NCBI GenBank assembly: GCA_013265495.1
Contig: MU058045.1
Coordinates: 62,001 to 112,679, forward strand
Reading direction: 5' to 3'
From: Vicugna vicugna
Taxonomy: Eukaryota
Length of the DNA: 50,679 nucleotides
This document shows, in pieces, positions 10,395 through 23,889 of the stretch. Each line of letters starts with the position of its first letter. Within the stretch, counting starts at the first letter, position 1. The position numbers and the translations under genes were made by a program. The notes beneath the pieces were generated by a model. It was given only the letters and a program-made list of their open reading frames with translations. It was not told where the DNA came from and did not search any database.

Positions 10395-11240
10395 TGGATT
10401 TAAGTGCTGGGAATAGTGATGAACAAAACAGACCTGGTTCCTGTCCCCTAGGAACTTCCTCTCTAAAAGGGAGACAGATAATAGACAAAAGCATTAAATA
10501 GAAAATAAGCTAATTTCCAGGGGTGATAGGGTGCTTGAAGAAAATGAGAATGATGCCAGGGGGATCTTCTTCCAAGGGGCAACCAGGTGACAATCTGGAG
10601 GAAATTGTGCATGCAAAGGCCCTGGGGCAACAAAGAGCTGGGTGTGCTTGAGGAAGAGCTAGAAGGCTAATGCATGAAAGCAGGAGGGTAGGAGGAGCAG
10701 AAGTTGGAGAAAAAGGCAGAAGCTAGATCATGTTGGGACCTCAGGGACATAGGAGGAATTTGAGTTTTATCCTCTGTGAACTGAAAAATCATTGATGAAT
10801 TTTAACACAGAAGTGGCGTGGTCTGATTTCCATTTTCAAAGGCACGCTGAGGATGGACCTTTAAGGGGCAAGAATGGAAGCTGGGGGGCAGGGGTTGGTC
10901 TGGAAGTCCCAGGAGAGAGATGGTGGTGGCTGGGACTAGGGGTGGCCGTGATGACAGCAAGGAGTGGTCAGACTAAAGGCAGCTCTTGGAGGAAGAACTG
11001 TCTCTCAGCACTGGTTGGGGAGCAACTGTGGGCAGGGACAGTGAGACTTCGTGTACAGTCCCTCAGATCTGGCTAAGAAAGTGGGTAGATTTAAGTGACT
11101 TAGGAAGATGGGGAAGGTTGGGGGAGATAGATTTACAAGCAGATTTGAAAGAGGAATGAAAAAAAGCCTAACTGGGACATAGTGTGAGCAGCCTATTGGA
11201 CCCTGAGATGTGGATGTTGGTGGGAAATCAAATATCTAAT
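10395..11240 (-). mobile_element. L2 fragment
   Basis: gtgctgggaatagtgatgaacaaaacagac ... tgcaaaggccctgggg ... gtccaggagagagatggtggtggctgggactag-like text. Confidence 0.65.
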
Positions 11241-12399
11241 CTGGGCAGGGTCACACACACACTCACTCCAATCTCACGAGCCCCTTTACCCTGCTCCTGC
11301 CAGGCTGGCCCGTGACCACTGGCTATGCTGGCCTCTAGTCCATGTCTCCTCCCAAGGCAGGATCCCCAGGGGGCTGTGTCTAGGAAGCGTGTGTCCTTGG
11401 ATCTCCCGAGGGAGGACTGGGAAATGGAGTCTGGGGCCAGGAAGCCCCATTAAAACCACCAAAACAGCAGGTCAAACACCAGAAAGTACCCCGCTGCTGG
11501 ACTGATGTTTCCTGCAAGTAATGACATCCTCGCCTGACCCACGCCTCCATCTGAGGGAACTTTGCGGGGTGGCAGGGGGTTTGGCTAGCAGTCCTTTGCG
11601 CTCTGTGCTCTTTCTTCTTTCTGTAAAGCAAGGTTCCATCACTCCCTGAAAGCCCCTGTCCATGTCACACCACCCTTGACCACCGAAGCCACACTTACCC
11701 ACATCCGCCTGGCTGTGGCCCTGCTGACAGAGGCCTCGCTCTTCCCGCCTGGTTTACAAAGCCCGTGTCACCCAGGACTTTCTGGGGGGTGGACAGCTAT
11801 GCTGAGAGGACACCCATGTCACAAGGGCGCTAGGAGGCTGGAATAGTTGGGGATATTAGAGACGTGAAATGTCAGAAAGGATACAAGAAAGTCAGCCATC
11901 GAGAACCTCCCTCAGACTCTTTGAGCCACATCACTGTCTTCTTGATGGGATCACAAGATTCTATGAGGCCAAGCATCAGCAGAGGGTCCTGGTGACGGTA
12001 TCAGACGCCCACAGTGTGCAGCTCTGGGCTTGTCCCAGGGGGACAGATGAAAACAAGGACCCTGCCCTCAAGGAGACCACAAATGAGAGAGAAACACAGG
12101 TTCATAGACAACACAAGCTCAGAATCAAGAAAAATGTTCAAGGGGTGCTTTCTGGAGAAGATGGTGACTGGATTGCCCTCGGGAGAACCTCAGCCCGGAG
12201 CCTCACCCTCCAAACTTTTCCACCTTTTGTCCCCTAATATCAGAGGACAGTAAACTCCAAGAGATCCACTTGCCACACCATATAGTGTTTAATATGTTTG
12301 TGTTTGTTTACATATTAAAATAATTTTAAATTATATATTACTGAGTCAAATGGAGCCAGGGTGGCAGGGAATGAACCTGACAGATTACCAAGTAATAAT

Positions 12400-12650
12400 C
12401 CAGTAATATCAGGTTGACATTCATCGAGAGCTTATTAAGTGCCAGGCACCACGTGAGCAAGCTCCACATCCACTATGGCAGTTAAGCTTAATGAGAGCCT
12501 ATGGAGAATTTACTGCTATGATGCCCATTTTACAGATGAGCAAACTAAGGCTTAGAGAAATTGAAGAACTTCTCTAAGTCAGTCACAAATAAGTAGCTGA
12601 GCCAGGATGCAGACCCAGGTCCATCTGACTCCAGAGCCAATGCTCTTCCT
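12400..12650 (-). mobile_element. MIR SINE
   Basis: MIR core cccattttacagatgagcaaactaaggcttagaga ... ctgactccagagcc. Confidence 0.8.
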
Positions 12651-13560
12651 GCTGTGCGCCCCTGGGGTGCATCCCTTGCATCACAGACTTGCGTCCGTTT
12701 GAGAAGCACAAGCTAGAAAGGCCCAGGCTCCTGGCCTCCACCGTCACACATGATCCTCTCCAGCTTCCCCACATGCTGACCTCTTATCACCTCCAGGAAA
12801 CTACTTGGAGTCACTGGGACATGACAAGCTGTTTTGTTTCTTTTTGTTACTTTGCTCAAGCTTCTCGCTTTCCTGGAATCCTAGCCAGGGCATCCATCCC
12901 GTGACCTGCAATTCATACTCCAGAATATGACCTGAGAGTCCTCTCCTCCAGGAAGCCTTCCCTGATACACCATGCCCTCCTCAGTGCCACCTCCAGGTTC
13001 CCCTGTCGTGGCTCTGGTGCACTGTCTGTCTCGCCTGCTGCACCTGGCACCCGCCAGGCAAGAACCGGGGCCTTTCCACCTCTGTGTCCCTAAGACCCTG
13101 CACAGAACCTGGCACACAGCCTCGCTCAGAGTCCCCTCCTCCATTTTGCTATTTGAGATAAGATAGAGGAAGGATAGTGTTTTGGTACAAACATTGGGAA
13201 AGTCTGAGGAAATGACTCATCAAAAAGTATGAAACAATGGGATTCATCTACCAGCCCTACAATCATTTGCATCTTATAACTCACTCAGCCCTGCTGGGAC
13301 TGAGTAGAAGTTGCTGGTGGAGAAGGGGGAGGCAGAATTTAGGCCGGAAGCCCCCAAGACATCTCTTGAGCCTCATCTCTCCTGCTCCTCTCTTGCCCTC
13401 AGCACCTGCCAAATACGTTATGTTCACTGGATGACGCCATAGGACGCAGGAGGTCCCAGCCTACAGGGAAGTAGGACTTTTACAGTCTTGCTCAGTGCTT
13501 GTCCCCACCACTTAGAAGAGCGCTTGGCACATAGTAGGCTCTCAAGAACTGTTGATTTGT

Positions 13561-13654
13561 GGGGAGGATATAGCTCAGTGGTAGAGCACATGCTTAGCAT
13601 GCACAAGGTCCTGGGTTCAATCCCCAGTATCTCCATTAACAACAACAACAAAGA
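13561..13654 (+). mobile_element. tRNA-Ala-derived SINE (vic-1-like), short form
   Basis: GGGGAGGATATAGCTCAGTGGTAGAGCACATGCTTAGCATGCACAAGGTCCTGGGTTCAATCCCCAGTATCTCCA plus (AAC)n tail. Degenerate TSD at 13544-13558 / 13655-13669. Confidence 0.85.
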
Positions 13655-13674
13655 AAGAAATAGTGATTTAATGA

Positions 13675-13900
13675 TTCTTGAAATTGAGTTATAATTAACA
13701 TACAATATTATGTTCATTTCAGGAGTACAACTTAGTGATTCAATATTTTTATATGTTATGAAATAATCACTGCAATAAGTAATCATCCATCATCACACCA
13801 AGTTGTTACAATATTATCGACGATATTCTCTGTGTGTACCCCCATGCCTTATTTATCTTATAGCTGGAAGTTTGAACCTCTTAATCCCCTTCATCTATTG
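13675..13900 (-). mobile_element. L1 3' end
   Basis: ttgagttataattaacatacaatattatgttcatttcaggagtacaac ... ggaagtttgaacctcttaatccccttc. Confidence 0.75.
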
Positions 13901-13954
13901 GGATTTAATGACTTCTGTTTGAAGAAATAATGTTTCTCAAGTATTGTGGTAGGA

Positions 13955-14500
13955 AAAATGCTGATGATGACGTGGAGCAATTAGAACTCTCCTACGCTGC
14001 CGGTGGGAGCTTAAAACGGTGCAATCACTTTGGAAACCTGTTTGGTAGCATCTACTAAATGTGGACATGTGACCCAGGAATTCTAGTCTTAGGGGTATAC
14101 CCAACAGATACACATCCATATTTCTCCAAAATATGCATACAATGTTCAGAGCAGTGCTCTTGGTAATAGCCAAAGATGAGAAACCACCCAAATGCTGCAC
14201 TGAGTAGAGTGGATAAACGCATTGGGGTCTATCACACAATCCTCTGTGTAATCTCAGCACACTACGCAGTCCTGAGACTGTGCAAAAATTTGGACAAATC
14301 TCACAATGAGTGAACAAAGCCAGGCTCAAAAGAGGGCATATGACCTGGTTCCATTCGATCAAGCTCAAAAACAAGCAAAACTAACCTGTGCTCTTAGAAG
14401 CCAGAGAGGGAGCCAAGACCAAAGCCGGGAAGCAATGGGGTTCTGGGTGCTGATAACATTCTTTCAAAATCAGATTTTTGGTTGCACGTGTGTGTTCAAT
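13955..14500 (+). mobile_element. Old L1ME-type 3' fragment
   Basis: gtggagcaattagaactctc ... cactttggaaac ... aatctcacaatgagtgaacaaagccagg. Confidence 0.65.
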
Positions 14501-16629
14501 TGTGAGATTTGATCTATGCATGTTTCCGGGAAAGTTTTAAAAACTACTGTAATAGGCATTAAAAGTTACTTCGTGTTTGGGAGGTTTTCCTCTTTCACCG
14601 TTTTAGAAGCTGGGTTTTTCTTTCCTTTTTCTCTGACGTTCCCAACATCCGGGATGGTGGCGCCACCGTGTGGTAACACCTGCATGATGCGCCAGTCTGC
14701 GAGACTCTCCCGCCCCCATCAACATTTTGTTACCATGCCTTTTTCCCAATAGCAGAAGCAAAACATTAAATAATAAAGGGCTTATTCTGATAGCTAAAAA
14801 TTACCCACAAATCACCTCCAGACAGCAATCTGGCAACTTTTTCCTCCGATCATTTTTCTTTTTTTTTACTTTTATTATACACTAGCTCGAATCCTATACA
14901 CTTTCTGGTTACTCTGACTTCCTAGAGTCAGTAAACGCTTACAAAGACCCATGGTGTCACGGTAGCATCAGAAGGTGATAGTTTCTCTCTGTGTAATGCG
15001 CAGATCTATTGAAACCTGCAGAAACCAGGACAACTGCGTTTATAAACCCCAAGTTTATAACAGTTTGATAAAAAGAGTTTTACTAGGGTTTTACTTTCCA
15101 CGAAAGTTCTTAATGCGCTCTGCAACTTCTATCAGATCTTGGCTTCCTTTCTCTCTCTTAGTCAAATTAGAATATTGGGGGTGGGGTGGGGATCTACACA
15201 GAGCAACTCCACTCTCACACTATCTGGTTCTTCCCCAAAGAAGGAGAAAGCGTCCCCCAAGTTCCCGCTGGAGGAAGACGGCCCCTCCCGCCAGGCAGGA
15301 CGGCCCACCGCGTGCTCGCGGCCACCGAGCCTCTGTCAGCATCACCCTGCCGCGTCTGGGCAGCACACTTGCTAGATAAACTGCCTCAGCGAACCCTCAA
15401 ACTGTTCCCTTCAACGTTAGATGCAAGCACATCTTCACCGATCAGGCTTTGGGAACCCCCACCCCACCCCTCTTAGCAGGTTCCCGACACTGAAGTTCCT
15501 TCAGGTTTTGCAGCATGCAAATCCTCCTGACAGCGCCCGCCCGCAGCGAGGCGGGAGGGGCTGGACCGCCTCCACCCGCGTCCGGCTCTCCTGCGCTTTC
15601 CCAGAGTCTCTGCTCCGAGGCGGGAGATGCCCGTCCCACCTGCTCCCCTCTGCAAAGTGTGATGAAGGGTCTGGGCTGCACCTGCCAGGCCTCCAGGGCC
15701 CACTCCTTCGCCCCCCACTTGGCTGGGGACCCTCTGACCACCACCCGACCACCCCCTTCAGCCCCGCCCTCTCCAGACTCTGGCTCAGTCCTGGGCCTCA
15801 GGCCTGGCATGACGGAATCTTCCCCCTGGGCCGAGTCTTCCTTCCTCTTGATCGTAATCCGCCCTCCGGGTCTTAAACTGTTTGGTTTGCAGTTGACATT
15901 AAGGCGAGTTCTACCTCCCGGTTCTGTCTTGGACTAATATCCCAGGTTGTTCCCCACCCCTTTGCACCACACACACCTCTGGTCTCCATCCGCTGACACC
16001 CCCGCCCCCTCCCTCGGCCATAGGTCAGCCTGGCTGCCTGTGACCCCTCTAGGCAATAGCTTTTTTTCTAATTAACTTTTAATGATGAAACATGGTACCT
16101 GATTAGAGGTACAGAAACTTGTTTTGTCTTCCCAAACTGACAGGTAAAACATGCAAACAGATTCTCTGTGTGCAAGAGACCCTTGCTCTGCTGGAAGCCC
16201 TGTACTCCCTCCTCAGCTGTCTAAGTCGGGAGCCGAGCGGCCCGCCAGGGCAGGGGGCGTAAGGCCTGTTGCCTGGCCTGGCCTGGCCTTGGTGCAGAGC
16301 TGGCTGCTCAGAGGACGGGGCCACTTTTCACAGGGGCCAAAGAACATCTAGGCCAGGTGGGCGTCCCCGGCCCCTCAGTTCCGGCACCTGCACCCACCCG
16401 GGCGTCCTGTCCACCCTCAGGCCCTCCTGCCCCGGAGACCCCCAGTCTGCTTACTGTCCTTGGCCTCTTCACCACCAGCTGAAGTGCCCAAAGCCTTCCA
16501 AAGCCCTTTGATTTTAAGCTTCAAAATAAATGTATTTAAATTCAAGATGCGTGACTGGACTTGAATTCCTTCTGTAAGCCTCCATAGCATTTTCTCTTTC
16601 CTGTGAGGTTCCCCACATTCTGCCTGACA

Positions 16630-17080
16630 GAGCACATTGTATTAGCTTCAGGTGTGCCGCGTAACAATCCGCTATTTGAATATCTGACGAAATGATCGCC
16701 AAGATAAGTCACATTAACATGTCACCAGTTACAAAAATTTTTTTCCTCGTGAAAAGTTTTAATATCTACTCTCCCAGCAACTTTCAAATAGGCAACACAG
16801 CATTACTAATCATAGTAGCCACAGTGTACATTATAACCCCAGGACTTACTCACTTTCTAACTAGAAGTTTGTACATTTTGACCCCCTCCTTTATCCATTT
16901 TGCCCACCCTACCTCCGGCGACCACCAACCTGTTCTCTGTATCTATGATTTCGGTTTTTTGTTTGGGTTTTTTTTTTCTTTCTTTCTTTCTTTTTTAGAT
17001 TACAGAGATCATTAAGTATTTGTCTTTCTCTGTCTTATTTCACTTAACACAATGCACTCCATGTTGTCCAAACGGCAAGA
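16630..17080 (-). mobile_element. L1MA-type 3' fragment
   Basis: atctactctcccagcaactttcaaat ... caccaacctgttctctgtatctatg ... tttgtctttctctgtcttatttcactt. Confidence 0.75.
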
Positions 17081-18339
17081 TCAAGTCTTGCTGTGTTTGA
17101 GGAAATGACTTTTTTCTTCAACACATAGCCAAATTACTCTAAAAATACAAATTTCCATATTGGAAACCATAGTAGGTTTGTTTTCAATATCTGTCTGCAT
17201 AGGTTGTACCTCCATGTAGGATTCATGTTGTAAGTGTTTCTAACAGGTTAATTTGTTTTAAACTCATTCCCTGTACCCGCGAGCCCAGAAAGTGCTGATA
17301 ACGAAGTATTCATTTGTTCCTAAAACAAACCTAAGTTTTTATTTCCCCAGTGAGAACATGACCCTCCATTTTTTGAGGTCCTTAAATGTTTGCAATAAAA
17401 ATACAATTAGTCAGTGTACCTAAACGAAGTGTTTGTTTAAGGATTTAGTCCCTTCCTTGAACCACAAAACTTAATTGTTCAACTGAGGGACATTCTCTTG
17501 GTAAGGGATGCTGGAATATCTTTATTTTATTTCTAAAGAGTATCTAAGACAAAGAGCTCCAGTCGTGAGATCCAAAAAAAGTGATTATGCATTGGGTTGA
17601 ATTTTAAAGGACTAATTTTGTATTTTAGGTCTGTGAGCTGTTCTCTTGTCCGCTGTAAAAGCAGAGAGCACAGGCCTGCTGGGAAAGCCGGTGGGAGGGC
17701 AGAATGGTCTCCCCCTGGTGATAAGGCCACCAACTGCTCTCTCTCCAGAGAGAGAGGGAGCTGAGAGCAGAGGGCTCCACAATCCAAACCAAAGTTAAAA
17801 GCTGCCCGTTGAACTTTTGCTCCTTTCACCCCAGGAACTTCTCCACAGCAAAACAAGCCACTAAAAATACAAAGCAAGTTTGTTTGATGTCGAAGCCCCT
17901 CCTCCGCCTTCAGGACGATGGAATGCAGGTCACTATGACGATGGAGTTTAGACTGGAGGAAAGAAGGCATTTCCTCTGCTGTGCAGCCTAGAAACTGCAA
18001 GAGTGCGTCCACGGGGGTCCTCAAAGGAGACAGAGGGCAACACTGTTAACGCTCCCAGCGGGTACCTCTCTTCAAAGCAGTGCTATGCTTTTACGCTGGC
18101 CTCCTTTGCCCATGCTGACGTAATGCGGAAGAGGAATTTCGTCCGTCAAACTGGGATTCCAAAACAGAAATTCACTAGTACAGATCTCGCTGGGTGCCTT
18201 CTTCACTTGTAGGATTTTATTCCTTAATAATCCTAACTGGGGTGGAAAGAGATCTTTATTGCTGAATTTGGTTATTTTGCAGCATCACAGATTTTCAGAG
18301 GTAACTCTGAATTTTACGTGAATCCACACAGGAAAGGAA

Positions 18340-18825
18340 TTGTCTCCGATTACGAGAGCTGCTGGGATAAAGTCCCACAGACTGGAGGGCTTAACCAACA
18401 GAAATTTATTTTCTTGCAGTCCTGGAGGCTAGAAGTCGGAGATCAAGGTGATGTGGTCAAGGCTGGTTCCTTCTGAGGGCCTAGAGGGAAGGATCTGTGC
18501 CAGGACCCTCTGTCCCCGGCTTGAAGATGGCTGTGCTCTCCTTGTGTCTTTTTTTTTTTTAATTGAAGTATAGTCAGTTTACTTTACAAAATGTCGTGTC
18601 AATTTCTGGTGTACAGTAAAATAGTTCAGTCATTCATATACATACATACAAATTTCTTCTTCCCAGTAATATGGATTAGTGCCTACCCTAATTAGTGCCT
18701 AATTACCACTCTTTAACTTAATTACCTCTTTAAGTCTCTGTCGCCCAATATGGTCACATTCTGAGATACCAGAGGTTAGGACTTCAACATATGAATATTG
18801 TCAGGGAACACGATGCAGCCCATAA
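18340..18825 (-). mobile_element. MLT1-type LTR with a short L1 3' tail inserted at about 18550-18650
   Basis: aacagaaatttattttcttgcagtcctggaggctagaagtc ... ggttaggacttcaacatatgaat. The inserted text is ttttaattgaagtatagtc. Confidence 0.75.
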
Positions 18826-19259
18826 TAAGAGTATAATACAATGTGTGTGACCCTAGGCTTTTTGGACAAGCAAAGCCTACATTTGGGGACTTCTTCTGCA
18901 TTTGTACACAAGTATAGGCTGGCAGCTCTGAATGTATTGTCCCTTCTGTGGCTTTATCTGCCCCTCCTATAGAAATTGCCCCCCCCCAATATAAAGCAAT
19001 TGCATTTTCACTGGTTGTTATAATATTGACATTTGGTATTTCGGGCTCAGGGAGGCCAGTCCTAATGTCTCTGGTCACAGATGTCCAGAGTGAGACAGGA
19101 GAAGTCCGCAGTCCACAACAGTCCTCCCTACTCCCCACTCTCCCTGGGAGAGGCGTCCAGGCCTCTCTTGGCATCCATGCTGTACCCCTCCCATTGCGGA
19201 GGTCTGCCTGTGGCCACCTTGAGGCACCTGGGTGACCCACAGCCAGTGGGAATCTGACG

Positions 19260-20900
19260 ATGAAGTTGTCCCTGGTCTGATCAAGGTCAAGCTTCCATGG
19301 TCATGATCTGGCTAGGCTGCCCTTGGCAATGCCCTTGAGGCTTCAATCATTGCCCATTTCAAGCCGTAGGTCCGTGTGACACCAAGTTTTTGTACTGATA
19401 GGAATGCATTTCTGAGAGATTCTGGATTCACTGAATTAGTCAAAGCAGCTGAGAGCAACTCTAATAATTTGTTTGGTTGTTTGAAATCAGGCCTCTAGAG
19501 TGGTCCACACTGGTTGAGACTGAGGTGATACCGAAACTTCCCTGTTATGATGTAGAGGAAAGAATACAAAAGCTGAACCTCATTGCTGGGGGTGGGGGGC
19601 GGTGGCTGAGACCAGCGAGTCACTCACCGAGTAGCAGTTTAGCAGGTTAATGGCATTGGACATCCTGGAGCAGGCAGCATATATATTTGGTCACTATTCA
19701 GCCTACAGATTTGCCTTCACTGCCTGCAATGCTTCTGCCAGCACTATCATCCACGATGCCTGGACTTTCAGAAAGCCTCACTCACTGTCGTGGTGCACAC
19801 GACATACTCCTTAGCCAGCAACTAATTTTACAGCAAAGGAAGTACAACACTGGGCTCAAGCCCATAGAATTCACTGATCCTTCCTTGTAGCTCATCGCCC
19901 AGAAGCAGCTTGCTTGTTGATACAACAGTGGAATGATTTAGTCAACACTCCATAACCCGTAAGACTGGGCTGCTCTCCTACAGGAAGTTCTACAGACTCG
20001 AACCAGTTCCTCCAGAATGCACAGGTCCAGATATCAAAGGGTTCTTCTCCCTGTGACATTTAGTAACTCAGCTGTGTCTGGCTTCTTTTCTACCAACTTT
20101 AGGGGTATTAATTCGCAAGGGTAAAATGCTTCCATGAGGAAACATGATTGGTTCCGCTGAACTGGAAATTAAGACGTCCCCCTGATCCCTTTGGGTCCCT
20201 CCTGCTACTGAACCGCAAAGAGAGGTAATTATACTGTCCAGGATGACTGACCATGGTTATCGAGGTGGAACATGGGCAGGGAGAATACGTAGAAGTCAGG
20301 GGATTCATAGGCATCTCTCAGTCCATCCAAGGCTCCATGGGAGACTACAATAATGTAAAAAACGCAGAAAAGCCAGGGACTCAGACCCTTCAGGAATGAA
20401 GGTTTGCGTTTCCCACAAGAAACCCCCCTCCCCTCCATCTGCCTGCTAAGGTGCTTGCTGAGGACAGAGGGAGCAAGGAATGGGCAGAGGAAGAAGGAAG
20501 TTATAAAGACGAACTACAGCTCTGTTTCCATCACAGAAATAAAAACGGTAACTGCCTTCCTTGCTTGTTACAGATTTGAATACATTAACCAATTATTTCC
20601 TTTTTCCCCTTTTCCTTTCTCCTCCCACTTCATATAAAGAGTGTTGGTGGTGGTTAACTTTATTTTAATTTTAATTTTTTTTTGGTGCTGGTTAACTTTA
20701 AATTTTGTTTTTCAGGTCACATAATCCAGGTGTGGTTGTGACTGAGCTAGAGGAGAAATTAACGTCACCCAGAGATGGACAGGACGTTGTCTCCTTTTTT
20801 TTTTGGCCTCTTCATTGGAATGAAAAACAGTTGCCGCATTTGGGGTAGAAGTGTGATATTGTTATTATTACATGGAAATTAAGCACAAATAGAAGGGTGA
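19260..20900 (+). mobile_element. Decayed, internally deleted ERVL/MaLR internal sequence (gag, integrase and dUTPase remnants)
   Basis: ~19500-19576 reads WSTLVETEVIPKLPCYDVEERIQKL (ERVL gag-like). ~19705-19935 gives FAFTACNASAST...FTAKEVQHWAQAHRIH*SFLVAHRPEAA (integrase-like). ~20125-20230 contains PLNWKLRRPPDPFGSLLLLN (dUTPase-like). The segments are broken by stops and frameshifts. Confidence 0.7.
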
Positions 20901-20999
20901 TAATGTTGAACCATCCTTGCACTTCCTAAATAAAGTCCATTTGGTTATAATTGGTCCCGATAGTCCCTTAGATTATGCATGTTCAAAACTGTCTATACT

Positions 21000-21840
21000 T
21001 TAGAAAATAAAAAGACAAGCCACAGTCTGGGGAAAAAATATTTGCAAAACATATATCTGATAAAGGATTTCTGTCCAAAATTCAAATAAAGAACTCTTAA
21101 AACTCAACATTAAGAAAACAGGACTATACTTCAAGTAAAAAATAAAGAGTTCAAGATAAGAAAAAAATAAGAAAACAAACAACACAATTAAAAAATGGGC
21201 AAAAGGTCTGAACAGCCACCTCACCAAAAAAGACATATAAACAGCAAAGAAGTGTCTGGAAAGATGCTCAACATTACGCATCATTAGGGAATTTTACATG
21301 AAAACAACAGTGGACACCACTACACACCCATTGGATGGCTAAAATCCTAAACAATGGCAACAAACTGGCAAAAATATGAAGCAACAGGAACTCTCATCAT
21401 TGCTGGTGAGAATGCAGAACAGTACAGCCTCTTTGGAAGACAATTTGGCAGCTTCTTACAAAGCTAAACACAGGATTACCACACAACCCAGCTGTCACGC
21501 CCCTGGGTGTTTACCCAAATGAGTTGAAAACATATGCCCACACAAAAACCTGTACCTGAATGTCTCCAGCAGCTTTATTCATAATTGCCAAAAGTTGGAC
21601 GCAACCAGAATGTCCTTCGATAGATGAATGGATAAGCAAACTGTAGCACATTCATGCAATAGAATATTATTCAGCGATAAAAAGAGAAGAGCTGTCAACC
21701 CCCAAAGGAATTTACATGTAATGTGAATATTACAGGAAAGAAGCTGGTCTGGAAAAGCTATATACTATGTGAAATTTAGGGGATAGAAAAACTATTGAGA
21801 CAGTGTAAAGATCAGTGTTGCCAGAAGGGGTGGGGGAAAG
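21000..21840 (+). mobile_element. L1M ORF2 3' end / 3'UTR fragment
   Basis: aaaatatttgcaaaacatatatctgataaagg ... aaaaatgggcaaaaggtctgaacag ... cagcagctttattcataattgccaaaa. Confidence 0.85.
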
Positions 21841-21869
21841 AGGAGAGAAAACTGTCTGGAAAAATCCTG

Positions 21870-22700
21870 ATTCATGTTTTCTTTCCTTGACTGTCTTGCA
21901 CCATCTCTTCTGGCATTCGATGTGGGTCTGCAGAGTTTCAGCTCCTTATAAGCCACTGGACCTTTTTTCCTGGCTGCTCAAAAACTTATGTAGTTTTGAA
22001 ATTCAATAACTCAGTTTTCCCTGGCATGTAGCATTCTCTTTCACTATATAGATTCAAGCCTCTTTGATCTCAGAAAAACTTCCTTGAATCACATATTTAA
22101 ATGCATATTCTATCAGTGGTTTTCGTTTTCTTCTTCAGAGATTCCAATTATGCATATATTGGATCTCCCTCACATGTCATATATATTACATACATGCATG
22201 TAATATATTATACTGTATATAATTTCTCTCCTATTCTTTTTAATTGAAATACATTTGATTTACTATATGGTGTTAGTTTCTGGTGTACAGCATAGTGATG
22301 AAATTATACACATACTTTTTAACTCTGCCTTTATTTCCAGAGTTGTTCATGCACTTTTTTCATTTCCATCCTCTGTCCTTTGCAGTGTTTTCCAGTGTCT
22401 GTTCTCCTTTATGCTCCTTGCAATTTCATTTTCATTTCTCTAATGTTTGTAATGCTTTTCTTTTATTTCTTCCTGAAATCCAGCCAGCTTTCATTTCATC
22501 TCACCTGGCTGTCTCATCATCTCTTTTTTCTGAGTTCTTGCATTTCTGCCTCAGTATCTTCCTTCCTCCAGATGATTGCTTAATTAATTTTTTTTCAATT
22601 CCTAGTAAAATGTCCAGTCACAAATTTAGCTCCATGGCTAAATGTGTTCTGGTGAGTACACTTCATCGACTCATGAACTTTATAGCCGTTTCTCACATTT
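21870..22700 (-). mobile_element. Ancient L1 fragment(s)
   Basis: T-rich antisense L1 ORF1-like text with a short younger L1 tail at about 22235-22320. Confidence 0.5.
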
Positions 22701-23889
22701 TGTTTTTTCCCTTTGGTAGATCTTCTCAATGTTGTGCTAGTAACTTTTCTGGACTTGCCATGGAATGAGCTGGATTTTCCTAGGCCAGTATTTGCACAGC
22801 ATCCCTCCCAGCTTCACAGCCCAAACACTCTCCTCAGCGGCTTCCTCCTAGTAAGTGTCAGCTGTGTGAGTCTTTGTGGAAACTCCAACTCCTTGACTTC
22901 ACCGAACAGACAGCGAACAGAATAACACAGCCCCAACCTTGCTCCCTCCAGTCCCTGCTTCCTGCTGTACCCCGAGGATACACCAGAGTGGTCCTCTCAT
23001 CTTCAGGAAGTGTATTTTTGCTCGGACTTTCAGAAAAATGCAACCTCTTCACCCTCCTGCCACGCTCCCACCTTCCCTTTCCCCCAGTCCCCGTCTCTGC
23101 CCATTCACAGCTGGGGTTTTGGTGTCCATGGTTATGTCTAGTTTCTAGTCTAATTGCAAATGGAATTTTCCATGGCTTTTTCATTCTCTTTATTGCTTTT
23201 ATACAGATTTTCAAGCAAAGCGTTTAAAGCTGACTTCTGCAGATGTGTTGGTATTGTCAGTCCCTGTTGGAGATTTAAGGATGTTAAAATAGAACTGCCA
23301 GCAGCCATGGTAGTGGCCTCGTGGAGAAACGGGTCTGGGAGCACAATGCCAACATGCAAAAACAGTCAGAGAGCCCTAACAGCATTTGGGTTCCTTCCAA
23401 AAGCCTCCAAGATCAGCTCCACCCCTGGTCTTTCACAAGGTTTGGTTTTATGAGTCAGTAAATCCTTTATGTTTCTGTCACTTCCAAACAGGGAGTTCTG
23501 ACTAAGACAGGAAGTAGCCACGCTCTCTGGTAATCTTTTCCTTGTTTGCCAGGTTTTTCCAGGTCCCGCTGTCCCAGCCTGACACATAACACAAGGGGAT
23601 AGGTCACCTAGTGTGGGAGGGCATCACGTGCCAGGATGGGAGAAACGATCAACCACTGGGAGCTTTACACCCTTCCACCTCATCCGATGTGTCAAGTCCA
23701 TCCTCCATGCCACGTTCCCTTTTGCCCCACCATGTTCTCCCTGCCCTGCATTCCCATTTCACCTTGGACATCGTTTCCTGGCTTGGCTGATGCTCCCAAG
23801 GCTGTATCCAAGCTCCCAGAGGAATGTATTGGCCAGTGGTGCTGGACCCACAGAAAGGGCATTTCAGGGATGGAAGGGCTTATTACAAA

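Noticed and set aside
13561..13635. Apparent tRNA-Ala(AGC) gene (also at 33899-33975 and three other sites)
   Set aside because: Mismatched acceptor stem, extra 5' G-run, A-rich tails, TSDs and multiple diverged copies indicate SINEs, not tRNA genes.
15421..15937. Several overlapping 80-150 aa ORFs on both strands
   Set aside because: Pro/Arg/Gly-rich products expected from high GC content, with no homology that I recognise.
17533..18024. 163-aa minus-strand ORF and neighbouring ORFs in unique-looking DNA
   Set aside because: No recognisable domain, non-ATG start and no consistent splice structure. The length is compatible with chance.
23540..23830. Collagen-like Gly-X-Y snippets on the minus strand (GEMGMQGRENMVGQKG; GTAGPGK)
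   Set aside because: The periodicity breaks within a few triplets, stops and frameshifts intervene, and there is no exon structure. Probably chance in G-rich sequence.
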